This document shows positions 1 to 10,400 of a stretch of DNA of 64,000 nt, piece after piece. A program made the translations under genes and the position numbers. The number at the start of each line of letters is the position of its first letter. The first letter of the stretch is position 1. Origin of the DNA: a virus (taxonomy: Duplodnaviria; Caudoviricetes); IMG/VR virus record IMGVR_UViG_2854727110_000001, positions 4,279 to 68,278 of that record. One strand, 5' to 3'. Below the pieces are notes generated by a model. It was not told where the DNA came from. It ran no database searches and saw nothing but the letters and a program-made list of their open reading frames with translations.

Positions 1-259
1 TGTAATGCCGCTGGCGCCGGCCAATGCGCCAATGGAAGCGATCAGGCAGGAAGTCGTTAACGACCGCGTCGAGCAACGCGGCGGCGCCGACAGCCATCAG
101 CAGCCAGATCAGCACGGCGCCGTCGCGCGTCGAGGCCACCAGGTACATCAGCGAGCGCGGGTCGGTCATGGCCACATACCAGGTGACGATGGCATTGCCG
201 CCGACGTACATGCGGAAGACTGAGCCGGCGCGGTCGACGCCGTTGTGCGGGGCGCCCAT
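1..259 (-). CDS. Phage membrane protein, partial (runs off the left edge); possibly the start of the lysis module
   Basis: Not in the ORF track. ATG at 259 overlaps the fibre stop (TGATG). Reads MGAPHNGVDRAGSVFRMYVGGNAIVTWYVAMTDPRSLMYLVASTRDGAVLIWLLMAVGAAALLDAVVNDF..., with hydrophobic segments. Confidence 0.65.
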   Translation of the reverse strand, partial: MGAPHNGVDRAGSVFRMYVGGNAIVTWYVAMTDPRSLMYLVASTRDGAVLIWLLMAVGAAALLDAVVNDFLPDRFHWRIGRRQRHY

Positions 260-1503
260 CACACCGCCTTGACCATCACATACGCCCGGCCATCAGGCTC
301 GATCGAGATCACACGCCCGACCGCGCGCAGGTACTGCGGCATGGTGATATCGTCCGCGTGCACGGCGATGCCGGCAATGCCCTCGCCATCATGCACCGGC
401 ACAATGTAATCGCCAGGCTGGGCGCCCAGCACATTCACCGGCACGCGGCCGGCGATGGCGATGCGGTCCACTTTCTGGCGCTCGATCTCCAGGGCGGCCT
501 CGAACGTGGCCATAGCCTTGGCATCCTGCTGCACAGCAGCGGCGTGCACGGCCAGCGCTGCAGCATAAGCAGCCTGTTTCACCGCCCACTCGGCGTCGGT
601 GTCGCCAGGCGTCACTACGTCGTGATATTCCTGTGGATTGGTGCCGGGCAGCGGCTGCTGCTCGGTCACATCAAGACGACGCGGCGGCTGGACTGGCGCT
701 GGGCCAGCTTGAGGGTCCGGGCGCGGCCCGATGCTGCTCGCCCATGTATCACCACCGACGAATGATGGCAGCGTCGATTTAATAGCGAACATGACCGCAG
801 GCGCCCACTGATCGGTGATCGTGTTTTCTGCCGTGATTCCGACGATCTGCCCCTTTTCGACAGGGCCGCACGCCGCCGATTTGACGATATATTCGGCGTA
901 GTCGTTGCCCATGGTATTGACGGTGCCCATCACATCAATCCCGCGATCTGTAACGGAATTTTTACCCACAGACAGCACTGTGGCCCCCTGGGATGGAATC
1001 ACGCCATTCCCAGCCCATGCCACTACAGATGGGTACTCCGGACTGACGCCAGCGCGAATCAGGCGCTGGCCCTGCAGACCACCCGGGAAAAACCCGGCCA
1101 TCCCCGCGACCTGCAGACGATCAGCACCACTATCGGACGATGTGCCAACGCCCAGATTACCGCTGGGGAATAATTTCATTTTTGCCCCGAAACCACCGGC
1201 GCCGAAAATCAATGTATTTTCTGCGCGGATTCCCATGTCAACGTCCACCCCACCGCCTGTAGTGGCCGTGGCCTGCCCTATAAACGCGTACGTAACAGAG
1301 CTAAACGCCATCGACAGATATGCATTTCCGGCAGCGTTGCCGTTGTACCGACCGTAAATGCTGGGCGAATTGATGTTCACAGGGCCAGTGACCGTCCCGC
1401 CCGTGAGGGGCAGCGCGTTATAGGGTCCGGCCGCAAATGCGTCCCACATCTGGTTAAGTACCTCGACCACGTTTTTCATACCGGCTGTAAATTTCAATGC
1501 CAT
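259..1503 (-). CDS. Tail fibre/spike with C-terminal intramolecular-chaperone (peptidase G2/S74-like) domain
   Basis: LPLTGGTVTG and GNLGVGT fibre motifs; C-terminal DYAEY...GQIVG...AGRVPVNV...GDYIVP...VGRVI pattern. Confidence 0.75.
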   Translation of the reverse strand: MALKFTAGMKNVVEVLNQMWDAFAAGPYNALPLTGGTVTGPVNINSPSIYGRYNGNAAGNAYLSMAFSSVTYAFIGQATATTGGGVDVDMGIRAENTLIFGAGGFGAKMKLFPSGNLGVGTSSDSGADRLQVAGMAGFFPGGLQGQRLIRAGVSPEYPSVVAWAGNGVIPSQGATVLSVGKNSVTDRGIDVMGTVNTMGNDYAEYIVKSAACGPVEKGQIVGITAENTITDQWAPAVMFAIKSTLPSFVGGDTWASSIGPRPDPQAGPAPVQPPRRLDVTEQQPLPGTNPQEYHDVVTPGDTDAEWAVKQAAYAAALAVHAAAVQQDAKAMATFEAALEIERQKVDRIAIAGRVPVNVLGAQPGDYIVPVHDGEGIAGIAVHADDITMPQYLRAVGRVISIEPDGRAYVMVKAV

Positions 1504-1505
1504 TT

Positions 1506-2360
1506 TTAAATTCCTTCGATTTGGAGTGGTGCTGCATAGGTTTCGTAGTACGGCGTGCTGACCGCGTCGAGGTTGGCCACGCGCCCGTACAGCATGTGGT
1601 CCTGCTCGAGCACCGGATCTGCATGCTCAGGGAACAGGCTGAACAGCAGTGGCCGCACCGGGCCGCACTCGCGCAGGATGCGCATCAGGCGCGCCCGGTC
1701 AGGCGCCGTCAGGTGCGCCAGGTTGATTGCCAGTTTGTCGCTGGTGGTGCCCACTGCGGTTTTGGCAGTGCCAGCGGCAGTGCGATAAACCTCGGTCGTG
1801 TCCTGCAGCTGCAGGCTGGCGCCGTATTCGGCGTTGTTCTCGGGCGACCAGTAATTGCCGGCAACCAGGCGCGATATCTCGATGTAGCCGGCCGGCAGGT
1901 CCGGGCAATACACGTCGATCACCAGGCTGCGCACGAATACCGGCGCGAACCAGGCCACAGCATCGGCGCCACCACCGCGCGCCCAGGTGTTCGTGCCGCC
2001 CCATTGGTAGGCATTCCAGCCCAGCGGCAGCTCGCCGAACGGGTAGCTGTCCAGCGCCGCCTCGGGGCAAGGCATCATCCAGCCCGTGTCGATCACCGGC
2101 GCCGCATCGCCCGGCTGGCCGTAGCCGCGCACGCGCATGCGCGCGCTGCTGGTTGCGTTGGTGAAAATGAGCGCCACGCAGGCGATGCACTCCTGCGTGG
2201 GCCATGCGGCGGTGATGGTTTGCGTCGTACTGGTCGCGCGCAGTACCGCGCCCTTAGCGTCCCGCTGCAGGTTGGTCGGGCCGAGCGTGCCGGCCTGGCT
2301 CGATGCCGTCAGCGTCGCACGGTCGGAGGCGTTGTCATGGATGATGCGAAGATTCGGCAT
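1506..2360 (-). CDS. Tail tip structural protein
   Basis: Start trimmed to MPNLRIIHDN (ATG 2360); tail-module position; GYIEISRLVAG.YW.P..N..YG pattern typical of siphophage tail-tip proteins. Confidence 0.6.
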   Translation of the reverse strand: MPNLRIIHDNASDRATLTASSQAGTLGPTNLQRDAKGAVLRATSTTQTITAAWPTQECIACVALIFTNATSSARMRVRGYGQPGDAAPVIDTGWMMPCPEAALDSYPFGELPLGWNAYQWGGTNTWARGGGADAVAWFAPVFVRSLVIDVYCPDLPAGYIEISRLVAGNYWSPENNAEYGASLQLQDTTEVYRTAAGTAKTAVGTTSDKLAINLAHLTAPDRARLMRILRECGPVRPLLFSLFPEHADPVLEQDHMLYGRVANLDAVSTPYYETYAAPLQIEGI

Positions 2361-2367
2361 GGTGTCC

Positions 2368-3081
2368 TCATGGTAAAAACTGGCCGTCGACGACAAAAAA
2401 CGGGGATTTCTCGGTGAATGTCGAGTCCGCCGGCGGCGCGCCACTGCTGCTGCCGGACCGAAACATCAGACCCGGCGAGTAGGCGACGACGTTATCGCTG
2501 GATCGCAACGCAAACTGGCGCCGATCTGTTTTTATGTAGCCTGGCTCCAGGTCGGTATAGGTAACGTCGTAATACGGACTGCTGCCAATGACAACTGGGC
2601 GCCCAATGCCAGGCGGCACGACTGCGGCAATGGACAAATCGCCTGCTGCGATGGGCAGCGTAATATTTGGCGCCATAAAATCGTGAGTGATAATGCCGGC
2701 ACTGTTTCTCAGCCTCAGTCCTGAGGTGCTGCCCGTGCTCGCTGCAGTAATCATGGAAAACGCCCAGATATCGACAGGAAACTGCTGGTCGAATCCGAGA
2801 GAATTTGGATTGTCGCCACAATAGGCGCCGATTGTGTACACGCCGTTGGCGTAGCCAGTATCGATAATGCCTACACGTCGCCCCACTGGTAGATCGATTG
2901 CCCAGATGATCGGGAGGTCGGACGCGAACGTGTGGCGAGAATAGCCGGCAATATTGGCGCCACCGGATGTAGATGGCTGCACCACAGCAACGAGCGACGC
3001 GCGGCCGATACAGGCGGTGCCGCGCGCCTCGCTGTGGACAACTAGCTCCCGGGCGCCGTTTCTAATTTTGAGGCCCCTCAT
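2368..3081 (-). CDS. Minor tail/fibre-associated protein
   Basis: Two GL(K/R)(I/L)RN..G repeats; translationally coupled in the tail operon. Confidence 0.55.
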   Translation of the reverse strand: MRGLKIRNGARELVVHSEARGTACIGRASLVAVVQPSTSGGANIAGYSRHTFASDLPIIWAIDLPVGRRVGIIDTGYANGVYTIGAYCGDNPNSLGFDQQFPVDIWAFSMITAASTGSTSGLRLRNSAGIITHDFMAPNITLPIAAGDLSIAAVVPPGIGRPVVIGSSPYYDVTYTDLEPGYIKTDRRQFALRSSDNVVAYSPGLMFRSGSSSGAPPADSTFTEKSPFFVVDGQFLP

Positions 3082-3359
3082 TTGAGATAGATTCCTGCGC
3101 TGGTTCGTGTGTTCGGCGCAACTGCTGTGGCAGGGAACGTAAATCGCGGATATCCCATTACCTCGTCGTATTGCCAGGTGCTGCGCACCGCACCATCGCT
3201 GAACAGCACAATTGGCGTGTGCCCAGTCGAGAACGCTGGGAATGAATACACACTCGCCGTACCTGTTATCGCAACGATGCCGAGGCAGACACCGCCGACA
3301 GCCAACGTCGAGTCAAACACCACGCGCCCCGATTTTCTAATTTTCAGTCCCTTGGTCAT
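3078..3359 (-). CDS. Small tail-associated protein
   Basis: MTKGLKIRKSGRVVFDS; ATGA overlaps with both neighbours. Confidence 0.55.
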   Translation of the reverse strand: MTKGLKIRKSGRVVFDSTLAVGGVCLGIVAITGTASVYSFPAFSTGHTPIVLFSDGAVRSTWQYDEVMGYPRFTFPATAVAPNTRTSAGIYLK

Positions 3360-5992
3360 GTGATGTACTCTCCTAACTCGACACACGGCAGTGCGTTCAC
3401 GCCATCGTAGAAATACAATCCGGTACCGGTAAGGTCATACCCTGAGCCGCTGCCCGCGTTGCCGGCCGGACCGGAACGAGTAGGGCTGCGAACCAGATGG
3501 AACGATCCTGTGACGCCAGACAACTCGCCACCGAATCGAGCAACGCCGTTGGTAATATCAAATCCCGGCGCATGCACATCACCCGACGGATATACCTCGA
3601 AATATTTTCCGGTCGGGTAACTCCCCATCCGGAAAACGTCCGGACCCAGGTAAAACCCGCCTCCAGTCGCCGGCCAGTTCACATCGGTAAATGATCCTCC
3701 GCGAATCGATACGCCATACATATCGCCAGCATTGACATTGCCCAGGTTCGCAGACAAGGCGGACAGTCGATCGACGGACATCGCTGCGGCGGCAACCGTG
3801 CCACTGACCAGCAGTCCGCCATCGATATGCGTACCCATCAGGAGCCAGCTCCCGTTATCGAAAAACTTGGTCAGGGTAAATGTCGGCGCCGAGATGATCG
3901 GACCGTACAGCGTGACCACATCTCGATTGATGGGCGCACCGAAGCCGGCGGCGGTCAGTTCAGCGGCGGCCGACGCATCGGACCAGGTCGAGTACCCGCC
4001 AGCCACCACCGTCTTGGTGCCGCGCTGTCCCTGCGGGCCGGTGGTGCCAGGAACTCCTTGATCGCCCCGGAATTTCGACCAGACGTAATCTTCCTTGTTG
4101 CCGCTTTCTGACTGCACCGCCCGATTTACAGACAGACCGATATACATCGTGGTCGGGCCTGGAATATCGTATAGGCCGGCGCCATCGGCATAATCAGCGT
4201 ATTTAATCCAGGTATAGAGCGATAGCCCGTCCGCGCCTGGTGCGCCAGGCACTCCATCGACACCCTTGATCAGCGACCAGGTGTACTGCGCAGGATCTGT
4301 GCCTTCAATTGCAGTCGTCTGGTTGTAGGCCAGTCCGATGAATGCCTTTCCAGCAGGGTTATCGGTCAGGCCCGCACCAGCGGCGCTGTCCGCGTACTTT
4401 ACCCACGTGTACAGCGCCGGCGCCGCCGTGCCGGGTACGCCCTGGTCACCCTTGAATTTCGACCACACGTAATCGGCCGGGTTACTGCCCTCGACTTGGC
4501 TGGTGCGATTGGTCGAGAGGCCCAAGTACAGCGTATTGGCGTTCGGTGTGTCGTACATGCCGGCACCGTCCGCGACGTCCGCATACTTGATCCACGTGTA
4601 GAAGGTCTGGCCGTCGGCACCTTTCACGCCAGGCAGGCCATTTGCACCGTCGGTGCCCGGCACGCCATCAGCGCCACGAATCAGTGACCATGCGTAATCG
4701 CCTGCAGACAGGCTCTCCACTGGCGTCAGTTTGTTATAGGCAAGCCCGATCCAGGCCTTGCCGGTAGGATCGTCGACCAGGCCAGCGCCTGCGGCCGTAT
4801 CGGCATACTTCACCCATGTATAAAGTGTCGGCGCAGCCAAGCCTGGGGTACCAGGCACACCTTGATCGCCCCGGAATTTCGACCAGACGTAGTCCGTCTT
4901 CACCAGGCTTTCAACGGCCGTCGGCCGATTGGTTGCCAAGCCGATATACAGCGTGCCGTCGTTTGGCACGTCATACAAGCCGGCGCCATCAGCCTGGTCG
5001 GCGTACTTGATCCACGTGTAAAGGGTGGCTCCATCGGCACCCTTGGTGCCGGGAATGCCATCCGTTCCTTTGATCAGCGACCAGGCATAGTCACCAGGCG
5101 CTGAACTTTCAACGGGCGTCGTTTTATTGTAGGCCAGACCAATATATGCTTTACCGGATGGATCATCAGATAACCCAGCACCAGCGGCGCCGTCAGCGTA
5201 TTTGAGCCAAGTGTAATAAGTTGTCGCTGCAGCACCAGGCACGCCTTGGTCGCCCTTGAATTTCGACCAGGTGTAGTCCGCCTTGTTGTCACTCTCCACC
5301 GAAGTAGTCTTGTTGGTCGCCAGTCCCAGATACAGCGTGGCGACCGTTGGCACATCGTACAGCCCGGTACCATCCGGAAGATCCGAATATTTGATCCACG
5401 TGTAAGTCGTCAGCCCATCGGCGCCTGGCGCACCCGGTACGCCGTCCGTACCTTTGATCAGCGACCAGGTGTAATCCGCTGGGTTCGTCCCCTCGACCGG
5501 TGTTGTTTTGTTGTAGGCCAAACCGATAAACGCTTTGCCCGCAGGGCTATCCGACAGTCCTGCGCCTGCTGCGCTGTCGCCGTATTTGACCCAAGTGTAG
5601 TACGTTGCGCCATCGACACCGGCGGCGCCATTGACACCGTCGAACACCTTGCTGACCACGGCCGAGCGCAGAAACTCGACGCCGGACTCGGCGTCTTTGA
5701 CCTTGGCCTGCACGAAGGCCACATCGACCGACATATCCACAAACCGCAAGGTGGCCACTTTGCCGTCGACGGCCAGCGCCGCGCCGGCAGACACGCTGAA
5801 TTCCACAGTGCCGGTAATGCTCACCAGTTCCGCAGTGATCGTGATCGCTGCCGGCGTAGGGTTGCCGGTCCGGCTGACGGCAAACACCGGTGTACTCGCC
5901 TGCAGCAGCAATGTTTTCTCCACCACCGACACAAAATAACGCGGCACCGTATTCATGATCAGGCGGTCGCGCTCGCCCAGCAGCGCGCTCAA
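3356..5992 (-). CDS. Tail fibre/host-specificity protein with 8 tandem YTWxKY repeats and collagen-like linkers
   Basis: 878 aa; repeat array; C-terminal VDRLSALSANLGNVNAG motif resembling central tail fibre J proteins. Confidence 0.8.
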   Translation of the reverse strand: MSALLGERDRLIMNTVPRYFVSVVEKTLLLQASTPVFAVSRTGNPTPAAITITAELVSITGTVEFSVSAGAALAVDGKVATLRFVDMSVDVAFVQAKVKDAESGVEFLRSAVVSKVFDGVNGAAGVDGATYYTWVKYGDSAAGAGLSDSPAGKAFIGLAYNKTTPVEGTNPADYTWSLIKGTDGVPGAPGADGLTTYTWIKYSDLPDGTGLYDVPTVATLYLGLATNKTTSVESDNKADYTWSKFKGDQGVPGAAATTYYTWLKYADGAAGAGLSDDPSGKAYIGLAYNKTTPVESSAPGDYAWSLIKGTDGIPGTKGADGATLYTWIKYADQADGAGLYDVPNDGTLYIGLATNRPTAVESLVKTDYVWSKFRGDQGVPGTPGLAAPTLYTWVKYADTAAGAGLVDDPTGKAWIGLAYNKLTPVESLSAGDYAWSLIRGADGVPGTDGANGLPGVKGADGQTFYTWIKYADVADGAGMYDTPNANTLYLGLSTNRTSQVEGSNPADYVWSKFKGDQGVPGTAAPALYTWVKYADSAAGAGLTDNPAGKAFIGLAYNQTTAIEGTDPAQYTWSLIKGVDGVPGAPGADGLSLYTWIKYADYADGAGLYDIPGPTTMYIGLSVNRAVQSESGNKEDYVWSKFRGDQGVPGTTGPQGQRGTKTVVAGGYSTWSDASAAAELTAAGFGAPINRDVVTLYGPIISAPTFTLTKFFDNGSWLLMGTHIDGGLLVSGTVAAAAMSVDRLSALSANLGNVNAGDMYGVSIRGGSFTDVNWPATGGGFYLGPDVFRMGSYPTGKYFEVYPSGDVHAPGFDITNGVARFGGELSGVTGSFHLVRSPTRSGPAGNAGSGSGYDLTGTGLYFYDGVNALPCVELGEYIT
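4020..5610 (-). repeat. Array of 4 x (A+B) coding repeats, each about 63-74 aa
   Basis: A units YTWxKY.D.AAGAGL.D.P.GKA.IGLAYN....E.....Y.WSLI alternate with B units YTWIKY.D..DG.G.YD.P...T.Y.GL..N....E.....DY.WSKF.GDQGVPG. Confidence 0.9.
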
Positions 5993-7458
5993 ACCATCAC
6001 CCCGACGGTCACGCGGCCGGTCAGCCAGTAGCGCGACAGCAGCACCACCACGCCAGCGGCGCCATCTTGCAGGCCATAGCGCGCATCGGTCAGGGTCACG
6101 GCCTGTCCCAGTTCCAGCATCATCATCTCGGGTTCTCCATCAAATTCGTAGATCGTGCGCGGCACGCTGTTCAATGCCAGGCGGCGGGCCGCTTCGGCAT
6201 GCGCGTCGGCGCGGGTTTTCAGGCAGGTTTCGACCTGCACCGGGTCGTCGCTGATGCGGTACCGCGCACGCACGGCCTCGTCGGTGACGGTCTCGGTCAA
6301 CCACTCGGTGGCGTACAGGTCGGCGTGCTCTGGCGGGATGCTGGTCGTCAGGCTGGCCTGCACGGTGTAGTTGCGGTCAAAGGCAATTTTCACAGCAGCC
6401 GCCACCGGCAGGCGCTGCACCGGGTGCAGGCTGCGCTCGCGCATGTGGTCCGGCCCGATCTGCACCGGCACGCCCAGGCCCGGCAACGCGACCTGCACCA
6501 GGCGCAGCTGGCCGGTGCGCGACATGATCGCCTGCGCGCCCACGCTGGCCGCCAGCTGCTGGATGGCCTGCGCCTGGTTGGTCCGGTCAGCCACGTACAG
6601 GCCCACCAGCTGCGGGTGCGCCGCGTCGAATGCGGCCAGGTTGGCCAGGTCCAGATCGGTGGCGGTGAAGCGATCAGCCGCCTTGCCGTAGCCGGTGGCG
6701 ATGCGCTGCACCAGCGGCGCGATGCGCGGCGCGTAGCCGGCCACGTTGTCGCCCTGCACGCTGACGGTGATCACTTGGGCCAGCGGGTTGGTGATCAGCG
6801 TGAAGCGGCCTGCCGCATTATTGATCGTCGCGCCCACCGGCTTGCCGTTGGCGCGCACCTCGGCAATCGACTCGACCGCGCCGAGGAATCCGTATTCCAA
6901 GGTGGCCGGGTTGGTGGCCAGCGGCGAAACGTTGTGGCATTCGCCGAACGGCACCGGCAACACCGCGTCCTTGTTCTGCGTGGCGCCGCCCAGCTTGGCC
7001 TCGGTGATCGGCGTATTGAGGCGCTGGAGCTTGTCGCGCAGCGCCAGGTTGATCGATTCGCGGCCCGACACGCCCACGTCGGCGATGATGCCGTCGAACA
7101 CCAGGCGGAAGTCGGCGCGCGCCCAGGCCGGATCGCCGACCCAGACTCGGATCGCCCGATTGGACCACACGTCGACCAGCCAGCCGTCCAGCGCGCCGTC
7201 GGCGTTGTCCAGCTCGATGTCGCCGCCGGACAACCCGGCCTCACCGGTCAGGCTGACCTGCTCGGTGAAGGCCAGACCGCCGGTGACCAGCGGCTGGTAC
7301 TCGACGTTGGCCGGCGTGTCGGCCGGGCCGGTGGTGTACAGGCGCGACGCGAGGTAACGCGTTACCTCGACGCCGGCCACGTTCACCTGGGCCTCGATCA
7401 GCACCATGCGCGTGGCGGCGCTCTCCTGCAGCCACGCCAAAAACTGTGCATCTGTCAT
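5989..7458 (-). CDS. Tail tip/baseplate hub-like protein
   Basis: 489 aa directly downstream of the tape measure gene; P.PFG.C.NV.P motif. Confidence 0.65.
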   Translation of the reverse strand: MTDAQFLAWLQESAATRMVLIEAQVNVAGVEVTRYLASRLYTTGPADTPANVEYQPLVTGGLAFTEQVSLTGEAGLSGGDIELDNADGALDGWLVDVWSNRAIRVWVGDPAWARADFRLVFDGIIADVGVSGRESINLALRDKLQRLNTPITEAKLGGATQNKDAVLPVPFGECHNVSPLATNPATLEYGFLGAVESIAEVRANGKPVGATINNAAGRFTLITNPLAQVITVSVQGDNVAGYAPRIAPLVQRIATGYGKAADRFTATDLDLANLAAFDAAHPQLVGLYVADRTNQAQAIQQLAASVGAQAIMSRTGQLRLVQVALPGLGVPVQIGPDHMRERSLHPVQRLPVAAAVKIAFDRNYTVQASLTTSIPPEHADLYATEWLTETVTDEAVRARYRISDDPVQVETCLKTRADAHAEAARRLALNSVPRTIYEFDGEPEMMMLELGQAVTLTDARYGLQDGAAGVVVLLSRYWLTGRVTVGVMV

Positions 7459-10400
7459 TTTTGATACTCCACTGGTTTTCCCCAGGCCGATGTCTTGGCC
7501 GATTTTTCAACGCCAGCAACGACCGTTTTTGCGGCGCTGGCGTTCGACTCGACCGTGGCCTGAATAGTGGCGCCGGTCTGCTTTTTCTGGTCTTCACGCA
7601 AGCCCTTGATTTCGACGGTTTGAGCATCGAGACGTGAGTTCAATGCGCGGATCTCAGCGACCAGCGCATCGGAGCCAACATTGGAACCGGCCGAATAGCG
7701 CGTGGCATCGAATACCACCGGCACCGGCGCGCTGGTCATGGCGGCCTGCACGGCGACGGCTGGTGCATTCGTGAATTCCACGCCCAGCCCATTCGATACG
7801 CCCATCGCCACTTGCAGGTTGGCGATCGCCTGCGCCACCGTCAGCACGCTGTCGTTGATGGTGATCAGACCCAACACCTGAGCCGTCAGCGCATCCAGGC
7901 TGGCCTGCGCCACATCGACCTGCGTCGATGCCCAGCGCATGGCCTCGTCGTTGGCAGCCATCACGCGCGCGTAATCGGCCACGTAGCGCGCATCGGATGC
8001 ATTGACCACCTGCGAGGCCGACAGGAAAGCCTGCTCGGCGGCGGACAGGCCGGACTGCGCCGTGCTGTCACCGGCGTTTGCTGCCGCCAGGGTTTTCTCG
8101 AACTGGGCTCGTGCCTCGGCATATTTCTGCTCCGGCGTCAGGGTCGACTGGGCGCCCAAGGCCATGCTGGCGTTCAAGCCGTTGAGGGTGACAACCCACG
8201 ATTTCGACTTATCCAGTGCAGTCTTGGCAGCCGTCGATTCCGTTTCGTATGCCTTGGCGAGCGCATCCTTGGCTGTCACCACGGCCTTGGCAGCCTGCAC
8301 CTGGTCGAACAGCGCCCGGTTGACGGAAGCCAGGCCGGCACGCTGGATAGCCAACAGTTCGTTTTCGCTTTTCGTCAGCTGGTTCAACTGCTGCTGCAGG
8401 TCACGGTGCTCGCTGGCGATCTCTGAAGCGGTTTTCGCTGCAACGGCGAACTCGCCCGTCGCAGCTGCCAACTCGGCCGCGTAGTCGGCCGCCTTCTTGA
8501 ACGGCTCGGCGATCGCGATCAGCTGCGCATACATGGACTGGCCCGCCGTCGTGCTGAGGTCCTGCGCCAGCACCAAGGCCTTGAACTGGTCGACCGTGGT
8601 CACGCCCGATGCGCCCAACTTGCCCATGGCATCGTTCGCCGATTTGGTGATCGGTGCCATGCGCTCAGCTTCAGTCAGGAAGTTTTCGACAAAGTAGCTG
8701 GTACCGCTGGTCAGCTTGTCGAGGCCGCCGGCCGCATTGATCAGCCCCTCGCTCAGCGACACGGCGGCCAGGCCGGTGACGCCGAACGATTTATTCAACA
8801 CGGAAAGGACATCGCTGACCTGCATATAGTCGTTCGACACGCGCGCCAGCGTTTCAAGATAACCCTCGCCGACGGCCTGGTATTGCTCCAGGCCAGCCAC
8901 GCCGAAGCTGGCCATGTCATCACCCAATTTGCTGAACGCGGCTTCGAGCGCTTTCTGCAGATCGTCACCACTCAGCCCCTTGAGCGACACATCCAGGCCG
9001 ACCACAAACGAATTTAATTTCGCGGAGAATGCATCGCCGCCCAGGCCCAGCGCCGACGCCGCAGAACGCACGGTATCGCTCAGACCCATGATGATTTTGG
9101 CAAACTGGCCGTTTGCCTCGGCGCCGAGGCCGGACAGTGCGCGATGATATTTATCGCTTGAGAACCAGCCGCCGGAAGTCTTCGTGTCCGTGTACTGGCT
9201 GGCCGAGACCCCGCCCGCCTGAATACTGGCCAGCGACGTTTTCCCGAAAGTGACGCCAGTATCGAGCGTCGTCGTTTTCCCGCCGAAAATCGAGCCGATC
9301 AGGCCGCCGACGGTTTTGCCCAGCAGCCCACCGATCAGCGGAATTTTCCCGAGCACGCTATCCGCGAATTTCTGCGCGGCACCGAGCGAATCCGGCGCCG
9401 TGGCGCCAGTCACGCCCGCATTGCGCACCAGCAGACTGCCCAGCCCGCCGATGCCCTGCACGATCTGGTGCAGCGAGCCGACCATCTGTGCGCCCTGGGC
9501 CAGGCCCAGGCCGGAGTTTTTCTCCATGATGGCCAGGCTGTGAGCGATCGATTCGGACTTCGCGGACGAATTGCCCAGCACCGAGCCGGTACCGGTGGCG
9601 GCCTGCCGGTCTTTGGCGGTCGTGTCAGCACCCCCACCGCCTCCAGCAACAGCAAAGCCCAACGCCGCCATCACGGCCGCCATCGCTGCCATGCGCGCCC
9701 AGGCAGAATACGGATCGCCCTGTGCCTGGGTTGCCACGCCCACGGCTGCGGCGGCAGCGCCCTTGGCCGCAGATGCAGCCAGGTCCGGTGCCACGCTGGC
9801 CACCGTCGCCGCTGTTTCAGTTGCTTTAGCAGTCACAAACAGGCCCGTGAATGCCGTAAGCAGTCCGCTTTTGGTGACCATGCTCTGGATGGCCATGGCC
9901 ATTTCGAACGCGCGGTAAGCTTTCTCTGCGCCTTCCAAAGCCCTGTAGCCGGCGCTGTTTTCCTTGAAAAATCCCTTGGCGGCGCTGGCCATGTCGCCAT
10001 AGCTCTTGATCTGCGCCTGGGCGCCCTGCTGTGCCGCCATGCCCTGGGCTTTGGCAACCTTGTCGCGATCGCCGTGAGCGTCTTGGATCGATGACTTTAA
10101 TTGCGCAGCGACGGCCGCTTGCGTGCGCTCGTAGCCCGTCAGTGCAGTAGTCAAACTGCCGATGGCTTTGCCGACGGCTCCGAATGATTCGGCCATGCCG
10201 GTGGCAGCAGCCTGCGCCGCCGTGTCGACGGCCGTCAGAATATCCAGCAGTTCCTTGGCCTTGGCGACGTCGGTGCCTGCCTCCTGGGCCTGGGAGATGC
10301 CTTGCACGGCACGAAGGCGTTTCAGACCATCAATTTTCAAATTGTTCAGTTCAATGGTTTTTTCAGCGCCGGCGATGCCAGCCAATGCTGCGTTCTTTTC

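Noticed and set aside
4020-5610. Possible diversity-generating retroelement or CRISPR array in the fibre repeats
   Set aside because: The repeats are in-frame protein repeats diverged at all bases, with no adenine-specific TR/VR pair, no reverse transcriptase in the window, and no repeat-spacer pattern.
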